This document shows, in pieces, positions 25,499 to 37,493 of a DNA stretch of 54,549 nt. The stretch covers positions 7,979,717 through 8,034,265 of the forward strand of contig NC_057758.1 in the NCBI RefSeq assembly GCF_004010195.1, read 5' to 3'. Source of the DNA: Chiloscyllium plagiosum. Its lineage: Eukaryota. Positions within the stretch are counted from its first letter, which is position 1. The number at the start of each line of letters is the position of its first letter. Below the pieces are notes generated by a model. That model was not told the origin of the DNA and did no database searches. It was given only the letters and a program-made list of their open reading frames with translations. The position numbers and the translations under genes were made by a program.

Positions 25499-25704
25499 CT
25501 CGACTCTGCTTTCCAGTATCTGCACTCATTGTTTTTACCGCACTTTGGTTAACCCGACAACTCGGGAATCAGCTACAATCATTAAATCATTAGTTAGATA
25601 TCTCCCCGAGGGAATATTTGAAATGGTTCAGTTGTCGGTACCAGCCTAGATGCTCGAGGGTCCTGAACGATGGCATGGTCTATATCTTCCTTTCTATTTC
25701 ACAG

Positions 25705-25871
25705 GATGCCAAGCAGGGAGCTGCAGGCAGCACCGATGCAATAAAGGTGAGAAGACGGTTCCTTTCAGATGTTTCTGGATTTTCAAGTGCTGCGAGTCAA
25801 AAAAGAGCTTCATAACGGGAACACCTCCGAGTAAAAAATTGACTAAAACTGTGAAGGAGACTCACTTTTGA
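25705..25871 (+). CDS. Beta-defensin-like gene, mature-peptide (last) exon
   Basis: Acceptor ttcctttctatttcacAG (25704); phase-1 join gives G-CQAGSCRQHRCNKGEKTVPFRCFWIFKCC-ESKKSFITGTPPSKKLTKTVKETHF*; spacing C-x4-C-x4-C-x10-C-x5-CC with G-x-C before C2 and Glu in the C3-C4 loop. Confidence 0.88.
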
Positions 25872-25943
25872 TTTCTCGAATTCAGGCTATGCTCCATTGA
25901 TCAATATCACGATCCATTCGCCCTCTCCTTTCTGAAAGATAGG

Positions 25944-25949
25944 AATAAA
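25944..25949 (+). promoter_or_regulatory. Polyadenylation signal of the defensin-like gene
   Basis: AATAAA 72 nt after the stop codon, with T-rich sequence downstream. Confidence 0.65.
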
Positions 25950-26444
25950 ACGCACTGCATTGATCACCACCTCTTGACCATCTCTCTTTTTGAACTTTGA
26001 TTATTTTATCTCACTGTAGTCTGGGAGGGACGGGATATCCGAAAAAATACCTGCCCAAGCTGATATTTTGTAGGTCGCATACAGACATCCTCTGGTAATC
26101 ATACCTTACGCCAATGTCCTGATCACCTCCACCACCGTCCCTGGGGATAACATCCCCCATTGGCAGCACATACCAAAAAGAGACAAATAAAAGAGAACAT
26201 AGAAGTGTGAGATTCAGCGGGGCGTGTTCGTCTCGGGATTTTCCCAAGCGTATTAGATCCTCACTCACCAAGCTGACAAAGGTCAAGAAAGTGGAGGGTG
26301 AATTTGAGGGAGATACTAAATGTTGAAATTGAATGATTCATCCCTGTCAGGTCCCGTTATCCAACGTTGTCTCACAGTAGGGGAAGCTGGGTCCGATTTG
26401 TGTTACAAGCAAAATAACATGGACGAAAATGAACATATTTTAAG

Positions 26445-27190
26445 TTATTGGTAAAGAATCACACAGCACTAGCTCATCGGCCGACAGGTTTATTTGGATG
26501 TACAAGCTTTCGGAGCACTGCTCTTTCATCAGGTAGCTAGTGGGGCAGGATAATAGGACACAGAAGTTCTCGCAAAACATCATAGTGTCTTACAATTGTT
26601 GGTACGCAATGAAAAAAAACTCAGACTGTTGTTAAGTCTTTAATCACTTCCAATGGGTTGCAGTTTCCGATTCATTAACATGTGAATCTTAGAACTTCGT
26701 TCAAGTCATATTCCCGAGATAGCTTAAGCGTTTATAAAAAATAAATGTGTCAGCTGGGCTCAGACAATGAATTAAAGGTGTCATACTAGAAACCAGCTTT
26801 ATTTCAAACTTTATTGAGACTGTTTCTGTTTCCAAAATTGGAATTTCTGACATGTCATATTAACTAACTGCCGACAGATTGTGTGCTTTTTTCGAGACAG
26901 CGCTCTGAAATCTTGCACTTCCAAATAAACCTACTTGACTGTAATCTCATGTCGTAAGCTTTTTAAGTTTTTCCAACAAACCAGCTTTATTTCAAACTTT
27001 ATTGAGACTGTTTCTGTTTCCAAAATTGGAATTTCTGACATGTCATATTAACTAACTGCCGACAGATTGTGTGCTTTTTTTCGAGACAGCGCTCTGAAAT
27101 CTTGCACTTCCAAATAAACCTATTTGACTGTAATCTCGTGTCGTAAGCTTTTTAAGTTTTTCCAACCCCAGTCCAACACCGACACCTGTA
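26445..27190. mobile_element. Penelope-derived non-autonomous element with inverted terminal modules and an internal 188-bp tandem duplication
   Basis: Minus-strand ctgatgaaagagcagtgctccgaaagcttg (26503-26533); plus-strand gcgctctgaaatcttgcacttccaaataaacc...ccccagtccaacacc end; 26790-26977 repeated at 26978-27166. Confidence 0.75.
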
Positions 27191-29029
27191 CATTATATCG
27201 TCAGTGGTATGATGCATTTTTAACTGAAGTGTAAATCTAAAAGAACTGCACTCAATGTTGCTAGTGTTCTGCAATTTGCGGATATTGGGCCAAGAACTAC
27301 ATAGTGTTCCAGATGTGATCGAACTAAGGAAGACAATGAATTAAAATTTGTAGAAGAACTTACGCCTTGTGTATATCACTGACGGTCTGAGATCGCCCAG
27401 CATCCAGGATGGGGAAGTATGAGGATTCTCATTCACTTTCCATTTTTGTAACCGAAGCTCACTACGAGGTGTGCATAGACTGTGGTTCTGATCTGATGGG
27501 CATGGATCACAGAACTCTCGCCATCGCACATTTTTAACTCACCTGTGTTACGCATGTTTTATAACATAAATGCATTTCTGAATTAAGGAGAACCTCTTAT
27601 ATTTCAATATGTCTGATATCCTTCCCAACACTGTCCATTGAAATACAATTGATGCGAGTTAGAGATTGTTGAAAGTGTCCCAGCCAAGGTGATTCTTTGA
27701 AGTTGAATTTAATTTTCTGCTTTTATTAATTCATTTATGTTAGCTGGGAGTCTCTGTCTGAGCCATCATTCATTTCTCAGACAAATCTGTTTTCAATAAT
27801 GTAGTGAAGAGTCGGTTTCGTGAATTATTGCCAATCTAATCCTGTGTTGCGCTTGACTCAAAGGCTCTCATGGAGGCCCATGTGAACAGCTCTTCGCTTC
27901 GTTTTCAATTAATTATATCGATGTCAAGAACATTATTAAGTAGCCCAAGGCTGTCACTCAGCAGCAACTGAAATAAATGACGCCAAAATGGGCAGGAGAC
28001 CAGGAACTTGTCCAAACTGTTTTATTTCAAGGCCTATAATGAAGAAATGATACGATAGAAGGAGAAAGTGAGAAATATTGATAGAAAGAGAATAAGAGTG
28101 AGAGAGAAATGCACAATGGTCATGCGATCTTGTAACATTGACAAACATACAACAGAGAATCGATTCATCCGCAGTACTCTGGTACGTTCTGGAGTCGGAA
28201 GGTGAATTTTAAAATGCTGTTCGCATGTATCTTTGCCATCATTTCTTTCTCAAATTTCTTTCTGCATCTCCCCCGTTCAATTCTTCCAACTCATTCCCTG
28301 TTTTGGCAGTACAGCAGTACAGAATCGAGGCACCAAACGGCTTCTTCTAAACGGGATGTTACTTTGATTCCACGATTGTATACTGTCCTCTCATCCTTTA
28401 TTCCATTTATTTCTATCTCAGCCTTGATCTCAATGTACTCCCTGTCTCCGTCTCACTTCCTTTAATTATATCCCTCTTTCTCTCCACCTTTCTGTCTCTA
28501 TTTCAACAGTGTATGTGTACTTCTGCCTTACTGCATTTTGTCCTTTTATTTCTTCTTTCTCAATCGCTGCCTTTCACCTTCTCCACCTACCCGTCAGCCC
28601 ATACTCGTCTTTGTGTCGTTTTCTATTTGCTACTTCAGTCTGCACTTTCGCATCGTTATCAATCAATCATTGCTCCCCCTCTCCTTGTCCATATTGCCTC
28701 ATGCCACCTCGTTCCGTGGCTCTCCTGCTCTGCGTGATTCTTATGCCTAGACGGTTAAACAAGACATAATTAACGTTGACTTGTTAAATAATTGCCTCTG
28801 AAGCTATTCATTTTCTGAACAATCGCCATCAGGTGTGAAAACCTTTCGCTGAGTTGAAATTAATGATTTGTGATGGAATATGATCCAATAGCTCATCATC
28901 CATCTGTGGGAACAATAAGTGAATAACACATGAACATCAGATTAGTTCGCAAATATAGTGCAATAATAAGTGTTTTTTGTCTGAGTAGATTACTTCGGAA
29001 CAGAACCTTCAGACACACATGATTTCCAA

Positions 29030-29810
29030 GTGCTGGTATTGGACTGTGATGAACAAAGTTAAGAATCAGACAACATCAGATTATAGTTCAGAACCTTTAT
29101 TTGGAGGCACAAGCTTTCGAAGTGCTACGTCTTCATCAGGTGTTTCTGGTTCAGAATCATAGGACACAGAATTTTTAGCAACAGGATTTCAGTGCTCTGG
29201 AATATAACATTATACAAATTTCGGTTAATTCTTTCGTTTTTTTTTAGAATGGTACTCCTTGTTCTGGTTCCTTCATATCTAAATCCCAGAACTTGTTTTA
29301 AAATTAAATTCTCAGGATAGTTTTTAACAATAGGTTTCCTTTTCAGATCAGATAATGCTTTATAGGTGGGAAGATAAATTCTGTGCGTGTTCAAATGTTA
29401 GGTTAGACCGACATTTTTTTAAAAAAACTTACTTTAAAAATCTTACATGGATTTCTGCAGTTCTTGAGCAAAATATAATTTAATGCCGCAAATGCAAATT
29501 CACCCCACAAATTTATTTATGTGCGTCAGGGGGTAGCCAGTGGGCGTGTGTATATTGGAGTGTTTGAGGGGCGTGTGGTTGTCTGTGAAATAGCGTGCTT
29601 ATGTGAGTGGGTGTAATGTTTTGTAGATCTGTGAGAGTGTGCGTGTGTGGGTCTGTGTGTGATGTGCAGGCGTGAGCATTTGAAATGAGCGTGAGAGAGG
29701 TTACGCCGTGAATGTGTGGGTCTGTAGGAGTCTGCGTTTGATGGACCATAACCTGATGTTGCATAATGTTTAACCTTGTCCGTCCCAGTTCAAACCGGCA
29801 CCTGCAAATC
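29030..29810. mobile_element. Penelope-derived non-autonomous element (same family as 26445-27190)
   Basis: gtgctggtattggactgtgatgaacaaagttaagaatcagacaacatcag start; minus-strand ctgatgaagacgtagcacttcgaaagcttg; inverted end ccataacctgatgttg...cccagttcaaaccggcac. Confidence 0.7.
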
Positions 29811-29959
29811 AAATGTTGTGTCCATTATGGTCACGGGTGGACAAATATCTGGTCATACGATGTGATTAACTGTGGATAAATTCAGTATTTATAATCCTAT
29901 TCAGTTTCCACATCCCCACCCCCAGTCTTTTTCATTATTGATTGTCTTCACTGCAACTT

Positions 29960-30870
29960 CCATTCTCAGCTGGAGTTTAGCCCATAGTTCTGGACATCAC
30001 AGTCTGGGCTGCATATGAACATTTTAGAGAGACAGAGAGTGCCGAAGAGCTTTGCGAATGTTTTCTTGTTTTAAAAAAAATCTCACTTCTGTGGTTTGGA
30101 GAATGCGAGACTTCTTTCTATGGACAAGAGACAGGTAAAAGGGGGAGTGTCAGGGTGAAGTGATGATGGTTGTTGGATTTGACAGGGGAGTGCCAAATTC
30201 ATGAGGAACGTGGTCCACAGAGTGCCGCATAAATATCTTCCCATTTGCAAATGAACAGAGAACCGGGAAAATGGGGTCAGATACAGAATAAAAGGTAGTT
30301 GCAAAACAACACAAATGAATGGAGAAAACAATCTACCTTGCAAACCACGGAATTTTGTACAGGAATGCACAGGCCCTGAGTATATCGAAGGTACGCTCTA
30401 TTGAGGAGTTCAAAAGAGATATTGGAAGAAGATTTGCGAAAAATGGATACGTATTGTGCTAGCGAAATGCAAGGACACTGTCATTCAATCATGCTATGCT
30501 TTCGAAGGGCCAGTGCAGAAACGTTGGACCGAACGCCCTGCTCCTGTATCTTTACTACTGAAGATAAGACAAAGAACAATACAGCACATGAACAAGCCCT
30601 ACAGTTCGCAAATATTTGCTGACGCACTTTGCCTTACCATACTATAAGTTCCCACACTAATGTGATACGTATTCCTCTATTCCTTTCCTATTCATGAGTT
30701 TGCCCAAGTGTTTCGATTGTGTTGGATTGCATTACCTCCTCCGTCAGCGTGTTCCAGGCACTCAGAATCCGTTGCGTGAAAAACCTACCTCGCACATCTC
30801 AATAAAACACCAACACGCCACCCACCACCAACATCATATAAAAGTGTCTTATCATAATTGACCCTTCCAC
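29960..30870. mobile_element. Highly decayed CR1 3' fragments (plus ~29960-30500; minus ~30570-30870)
   Basis: Degenerate 'QLEF--*FWTS' and 'KRQVKGGV' RT-end motifs; aagaacaatacagcacatgaacaagccc tail. Confidence 0.5.
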
Positions 30871-31110
30871 CTTCTAAAAATACAGAATTCAAACAAAAGG
30901 AACGTGTAGAACTCGTTGGGAGTAATACGAACGGTGCAACCAACTCGGACTTGCAAAACAAGCGTCTTTGTCCGAAACTTCACTTGTTTCCTAAATGGGA
31001 GCAAGTAATTCTGCGTAAACCGTGAGAACAGACAAGTCTGACTTGCTTTGTGTCGAATAAGGCAGCTCTGTCACAGTGTAGTTTTGGTTTATCAGTGCTG
31101 AGAACTGTGT

Positions 31111-31610
31111 NNNNNNNNNNNNNNNNNNNNNNNNNNNNNNNNNNNNNNNNNNNNNNNNNNNNNNNNNNNNNNNNNNNNNNNNNNNNNNNNNNNNNNNNNN
31201 NNNNNNNNNNNNNNNNNNNNNNNNNNNNNNNNNNNNNNNNNNNNNNNNNNNNNNNNNNNNNNNNNNNNNNNNNNNNNNNNNNNNNNNNNNNNNNNNNNNN
31301 NNNNNNNNNNNNNNNNNNNNNNNNNNNNNNNNNNNNNNNNNNNNNNNNNNNNNNNNNNNNNNNNNNNNNNNNNNNNNNNNNNNNNNNNNNNNNNNNNNNN
31401 NNNNNNNNNNNNNNNNNNNNNNNNNNNNNNNNNNNNNNNNNNNNNNNNNNNNNNNNNNNNNNNNNNNNNNNNNNNNNNNNNNNNNNNNNNNNNNNNNNNN
31501 NNNNNNNNNNNNNNNNNNNNNNNNNNNNNNNNNNNNNNNNNNNNNNNNNNNNNNNNNNNNNNNNNNNNNNNNNNNNNNNNNNNNNNNNNNNNNNNNNNNN
31601 NNNNNNNNNN
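31111..31610. other. Assembly gap (500 N)
   Basis: N run. Confidence 1.
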
Positions 31611-32117
31611 ACACGACAGCCTACCCACCCTCCGGCTCTCAGGTTGATAGCTTTCAGGATGACCTATGAACCTTCCAGCTCACAGTGGCCTGCCAGACCC
31701 AGCGACACACAAGACACTGCAGGTGATAAAACCAACCAGCAAAAAATCAGAGTCCATTACCAAAAAATCAGAGTCCACTCCAGGATGCAAAGTCCATTTC
31801 CGAAGACAGCAAATGCACACCTCACAGCACACACACTCTGCAGTTCATTCTTTATAGAGGCCTGGTCCACCCACAGAGGCCCAGGCCATCTAACAGAGGA
31901 AAGCTTCACCTGGAAATGTGACTCACAGGGGCTCAGTCCAAACACCAAAAAGTGAAAACATGCAAAAAAGAAAGTGCAGACACTAAAAACCAGAGTGCAA
32001 GGGCTAAGCCCAGCCACAAAATCAGCATTGTCCTTGCTCAAAAAACAAAAAAGAGTTACACAAAAGGCTGCAACCAGCCAGTGAAACAACAGTTCTCTGG
32101 TGAGAACTATAAAACAA

Positions 32118-32290
32118 CAGGAACACACTGACTGTGAAGATCAGCCAGCTCAGAAATCAGTCCTCAAAAAGGAATACCAGGAACAAACCGGTTGTGTAGA
32201 TCAGCCAGTTCCAGAATCAGGCCCCCAAAAAGAGAACCCACAGTAACACACTGGCTGTGGCCAGCCAGCTCGGAGTCAGCCCCCTGAACT
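32118..32290. repeat. Imperfect ~59-bp tandem repeat, three copies
   Basis: aacacactgactgtgaagatcagccagctcagaaatcag / aacaaaccggttgtgtagatcagccagttccagaatcag / aacacactggctgtggccagccagctcggagtcag. Confidence 0.75.
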
Positions 32291-32949
32291 GAGGAGATTC
32301 TAAATCTCCTGGTTACATTTTTCTTTTCCCTCACACTACCACCAAACAGCAGTAGTGCTTATTTTTCCCCAGCACCCATGCTGTGTGTGTGCAGGTGTAG
32401 GACACAGTGAAAAACAAATGCAGAAAACTTTGTTCATTTGCCACTATCAGGAAGAAACACGGGAGCGGCCAGTGACAAGCAGTGCCCTGCTCAGCAGAAG
32501 GCAATGTCTGAGTGATCACAAAGGTGAAGGGGAGGGCTGGGACTATATCATCATAGAATCAGAGGGGCAAATCTGATCCAATCCAATCCGATCCGATCTG
32601 ACCCAATCCAATCAAGAATCTCATAATCTACAAGCTCCACCACCATTCTCATTGCGGATAGATGCTCTGAGTCAGTGCAAGCTGAGGGGGGGGGTGGGGT
32701 GGGTGAGGGGTTTCCTTATAAGGAGAGCATGCAAAACGTGGGACACAATGCTGTTCCAATAAAGCCCTGTTTCTATGAAATCATACCAGAAAAAAAATGC
32801 TTTATGTAGAAACACATTTAGGGAGACTGAAGAAAGGTCTAAATAGGGTGTGAGCCATGATTTGTAAAAGTGGTAGATTTGACTGCAAGAAGTAGTGGGT
32901 AACATTATTTGGCGGTGCTGATCAGTCAGCAGGAATTCACTTGCCAGTG

Positions 32950-33282
32950 TTAGATTAGATTAGATTAGATTACTTACAGTGTGGAAACAGGCCCTTCGGC
33001 CCAACTGTCAAGTCCACACTGACCCGCCGAAGCGTAACCCACCCAGACCCATTCCCTTACATTTACCCCTTCACCTAACACTACGGGCAATTGAGCATGG
33101 CCAATTCACCTGACCTGCACATTTTTGGATTGTGGGAGGAAACCGGAGCACCCGGAGGAAACCCAAGCAGATACGGGGAGAATGTGCAAACTTCACACAG
33201 AGAGTCGCCTGAGGCGGGAATTGAACCCGGGTCTCTGGCGCTGTGAGGCAGCAGTGCTAACCACTGTGCCACCGTGCCGCCC
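32950..33282 (-). mobile_element. Full-length HE1-type V-SINE
   Basis: Minus strand: gggcggcacggtggcacagtgg (A box), ggttcaattcc (B box), V-domain, (TAATC)n tail. Confidence 0.92.
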
Positions 33283-34104
33283 ACATGGGTTTATATGGGT
33301 TTGGGTTTGGGGACTAGGGATGCCCTCCTGAGCCATAGGAAAGCAATAAGAGCTTGCAATATTTAATCTGGTTTGTTTGACAGGTGTATGTCATGGATCA
33401 CTGAGCCAGATGCTTGGATGATTTCTGTTCACATTTATTCTGACTCATATGCTAAAGCATAGCCTAATCTGCTATAGGTACTGCTATTCCCTATAATGTA
33501 AACAGCTGGCAGGTGGGACTAGATTGGGTTGGGATATTTGGTTGGCATGGACGTGTTGGACCGAAGGGTCTGTTTCCATGCTTTACATCTCTATGACTCT
33601 GTGACTCTATACGCAAGGACTCCTATTCTTTACAATAAACACAGAGGCTGTTATTCACTGTGGTACACATGGGAACTGCTAATTGTTAAAAAATAGACAG
33701 AGTTATTCCCTTTAATAAACAGAGAGACTGATACTCTGTATGATCACACAAGGACTGCTATTCTCTGTAATAAACACAGAGGCTGCCATTCTCTATTAGA
33801 CACATAGTAAGTTCTATTCTCTCTGGTATATGCAGAGGCTGCTATTCTCTCTGGTATATGCATAGGGACTGCTATTGTATCAATATACCCAGGAACTGTT
33901 ATTCTCTATAATATACATGAATCTGCTATTCTCCATAATAGACACAGTGAATGCAACTCCTTATAGTCTACACAGGAATTACTGATCTCGATTATAGACA
34001 CAGGAATTACTCTTCTGTATAATGTACACAGGAGCTGCTATTCTCTACAATACACACAGTAAATTCTAATCTCCATAATATACTCAGGAACTGATATTTT
34101 CAAT

Positions 34105-34392
34105 AAGGGGGCACATTTTTAAGGTGAACGGAGAGAGATTTAAAAAGTCATAAGAGCAATTTGTTTACACAGAGGGTGGTTCACGTGTGGAATGAACTTC
34201 CTGAGGAAGTGATGGATGTGGGTACAGTTACAATGTTTAAAGACATTTGGATGGACACATGAATAGGAAAGGTCTGGAGGGACATGGTCGCACAGCAGGT
34301 AGGTAGGACTAGTTTAGTTTGGGAATATGTTCAGCATGGACTGGTTGTTCAAAGGGTCTGTTTCCACGCTGTACGGTTCTATGACTCTATTA
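34105..34392 (+). mobile_element. HER1/CR1 3' tail
   Basis: QRVVHVWNELPEEV; gggtctgtttccacgctgtacggttctatgactct. Confidence 0.85.
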
Positions 34393-34919
34393 CCCATAAT
34401 GTACAAGGGAGCTGCTATTCCCTGTAATACTCACACAAGTTCTTTTCCTTATAACATACACAGGAACAGATCTTCTATACAATGTACACAGAGACAACAA
34501 TTGCCTCTAAAATAGCCATGAACTGATGTTCCTCATACTATACAACGGTCTGCAATTCTACATTATATACACAGGGGCTGATATTGTCTATGATATACAC
34601 AGGGGCTGATATTGTCTATAATATACACAGGGCTGATATTGTCTATAATATACACAGGGGCTGATATTGTCTATAATATACACAGGAGGTGCTATTCTCT
34701 GTAAAACATGCAGTAGGTTCTATTCTCCACAATACGCACAAAGACTGCTATTCATTGCAATATATTCAGAGACAGTTAGTTTCCACAATATACACAGGAA
34801 CTGATATTCTCTGTAATTTATGAAAGGTCTTCTATTCTCTATAAAACACACTGTAAATGCTATTCCTTATATTCTGCGCAGGATTGCTGTTTTCTATTAT
34901 AACCACAAGAACTGATTTC

Positions 34920-35550
34920 TAGCTGCCAGCCACAAAAACGTCTGTCTGTGCCTGACTAGAGAGTACCCTATCACAATCGATCAATTGGAACCCAACGTAC
35001 TCCTCATTACATTAGAGCCATTCTTGCTACCAGAAACTTGGCTGTATGTGCTACATTCCCCTGAGAGTCCATCACCCCTTACATTTTCCAGAACAGCATA
35101 CTTGTTTGAGATGGGAATAGCGACTGGGGACTCCTGCACTACCTGCCTCCCTCTCCTACCTTTCCTGGAGGTCTCCCATCTACCTGACTCTATCTGTGGT
35201 TTTTCTCCCTTCCTATAACTACCATCCATCACATCCCCTAGCTCCTGTAAATTCCTTCTCATTGCCTCTAACTGCTGCTGCAACTGATTCATGTGATTTG
35301 ATAGGATTCACAACCTGCAGACATAATCATCAGTAACGTGGAAACTGTCTCTAATCTCCCACATCTCATAGGCAGAGCACATCACTCTACTAAAGGCCAT
35401 ACTTGCTCCTTAACACTCTAGACCCAGAAAATTGTAAACAACACTGCTCCAGGCTAACTTAGTGCTTATGTTTTATTCTTTTTTAGTTTTAATCAAGACA
35501 CAGATCTCAATAAGACAAAATAAAAAAGAACCCACTCTCTACTTAAACGA
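34920..35550 (-). mobile_element. CR1 ORF1 5' fragment
   Basis: ORF 34981-35292: MNQLQQQLEAMRR..VVQESPVAIPISNKYAVL, typical of the CR1 ORF1 coiled-coil linker. Confidence 0.8.
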
Positions 35551-35750
35551 GCTACCAGAGGAAGAATTGAAGGATGGTACGAATACAACATCTAAAAGGC
35601 ATCTGGATAGGTATGTGAATAGTAAGGCTTGAGAGAGATATGGGCCAAGTGCTGGCAAATGGGACTAGAGTAGGTTAGGATATCTGATCGGCATGGACAA
35701 GTTGGACTGAAGGGTCTGTTTCCATGCTGTACATCTCGATGACTCTATAA
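35550..35750 (+). mobile_element. HER1/CR1 3' tail
   Basis: KRHLDRYVN; gggtctgtttccatgctgtacatctcgatgactct. Confidence 0.85.
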
Positions 35751-36708
35751 CTGCTTTTCTCTATAATACACAGGAGCTACATTTCTCTATAATATGTGTA
35801 GTAAATTCTATTCTCTGTAATATTCTCCATAATATCGACAGTGACTGCTATTCTCAATAACATACACATTGTGATAATTCTGTCACTTTAAACATGTTTT
35901 TTGAAGAGACATAAAGCAGAGGTACGGCAGAGTCTAGGGAGCTTTTATAGAACATTACAGCACAGTACAGGCCCTTTGGCCCTCGATGTTGCACTGACCT
36001 GTGGAACCAGTCTGAAGCCCATCTAACCTACACTATTGCATTCTCATCCATATGTTTATCCAATGACCATTTAAATGTCCTTAAAGTTGGCGAGTCTACT
36101 ACTGTTGCAGGCGGTGCGTTCCATGCCCTACTACTCTCTGAGTAAAGAAACTACCTCTGACACCTGTCCTATATCTATCACCCCTCAATTTAAAGCTATG
36201 TTCCCTCATGCTAGCCATCACCATCTGAGGAAAAAAGACTCTCACTGTCCACTCTATCTACCCCTTTGATTATCTTATATGTCTCAATTAAGTCACCTCT
36301 TAATCTTCTTCTCTCTAATGAAAACTGCCTCAAGTCCCTTAGCCTTTCCTCGTAAGACCTTCCCTCCATACCAGGCAACATCCTAGTAAATCTCCTCTGA
36401 ACCCTTTCAAAAGCCTCCACATCCTTCCTATAATGTGGTTACCAGCACTGTATGCAATTCTCCAAATGTGGCCACACCAGAGTTTTGTACAGCTGCAATA
36501 TTATCTCATGGTTTTGGAACTCAATCCCTCTACCAATAAAAGCTGTATGCCTTCTTAACAACCCTATCAACCTGGATGGAAACTTTCAGGGATCTACGTA
36601 CCTGGACACGGAGATCTCTCTCCTCATCTACACTACCAAGAATTCTACCATTAGCCCAGTACTCTTTATTTCTGTTGCTCCTTCCAAAGGGAATCACTGC
36701 ACATTTTT

Positions 36709-36991
36709 GATTAGATTCCCCACAGTGTGGAATGTACACTTCGGCACACTCCAAAGAGGACCCACCTAGATCCATTCCCCTACACCTAACACTACGGGCA
36801 ATTTAGCATGGTCAATTCACCTAACCTGCACATCTTTGGACTGTGGGAGGAAACCGGAGCACCCAGAGGAAACCCACGCAGACACGGGGAGAATGTGCAA
36901 ACTCCACACAGACAGTTGCCCAAGGCAGGAATTGAACCTGGGTCCCTGGCGCTGTGAGGCAGCAGTGCTAACCACTGAGCCACCGTGCCAC
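36709..36991 (-). mobile_element. HE1-type V-SINE
   Basis: A and B boxes and V-domain on the minus strand; shortened tail. Confidence 0.9.
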
Positions 36992-37178
36992 ATTAAACTC
37001 CATTTGCTAACGCTCAGCCCAACTCTGCAACTTATTTATGTCTCTCTGTAACCTACAACATCCTTCATCACTATCCACAACACGGGGATGCACACAGCTA
37101 CCCCAGAGGGGCAAGACCAGCAGCAAATGGACAGTGTCAACCTTGTAAACTGTTAAAATGGGGTTAAAAAAAAATAGT

Positions 37179-37493
37179 GGGCGGCACGGTGGCCCAGTGG
37201 TTAGCACTGCTGCCTCACAGCGCCTGTAGACCCGGGTTCAATTCCCGACTCAGGCGACTGACTGTGTGGAGTTTGCACATTCTCCCCGTGTCTGCGTGGG
37301 TTTCCTCCGGGTGCTCCGGTTTCCTCCCACAGTCCAAAGATGTGCGGGTCAGGTGAATTGGCCATGCTAAATTGCCCGTAGTGTTAGGTTAAACGGGTAA
37401 AGGTAGGGGTATGGGTGGGTTGCGCTTCGGCGGGTCGGTGTGGACTTGTTGGGCCGAAGGGCCTGTTTCCACACTGTAAGTAATCTAATCTAA
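37179..37493 (+). mobile_element. Full-length HE1-type V-SINE
   Basis: gggcggcacggtggcccagtgg A box, gggttcaattccc B box, V-domain, taatctaatct tail followed by an A run. Confidence 0.93.

Noticed and set aside
25650..25704. ORF-track N-terminus MLEGPERWHGLYLPFYFT on the defensin ORF
   Set aside because: It is intron sequence containing the polypyrimidine tract and acceptor; it has no signal peptide, and the upstream exon supplies one in the correct phase
27341..27560. Minus-strand donors and an 'SYFPILDAG' peptide faintly like the GPR139-type exon
   Set aside because: The motif is not adjacent to the donor and the frame hits stops; too weak to support
28202..28769. Hydrophobic, Cys-containing plus-strand ORFs (possible second defensin or membrane protein)
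   Set aside because: Products of pyrimidine-rich low-complexity DNA; no defensin Cys spacing and no paired signal exon
30991..31955. ORFs of 178-301 aa
   Set aside because: Mostly X residues from the 500-N gap
37179..37255. tRNA-like sequence with A and B boxes (also at 33282, 46294 and 52612)
   Set aside because: tRNA-derived head of an HE1 SINE, continuous with the V-domain and LINE tail; not a tRNA gene
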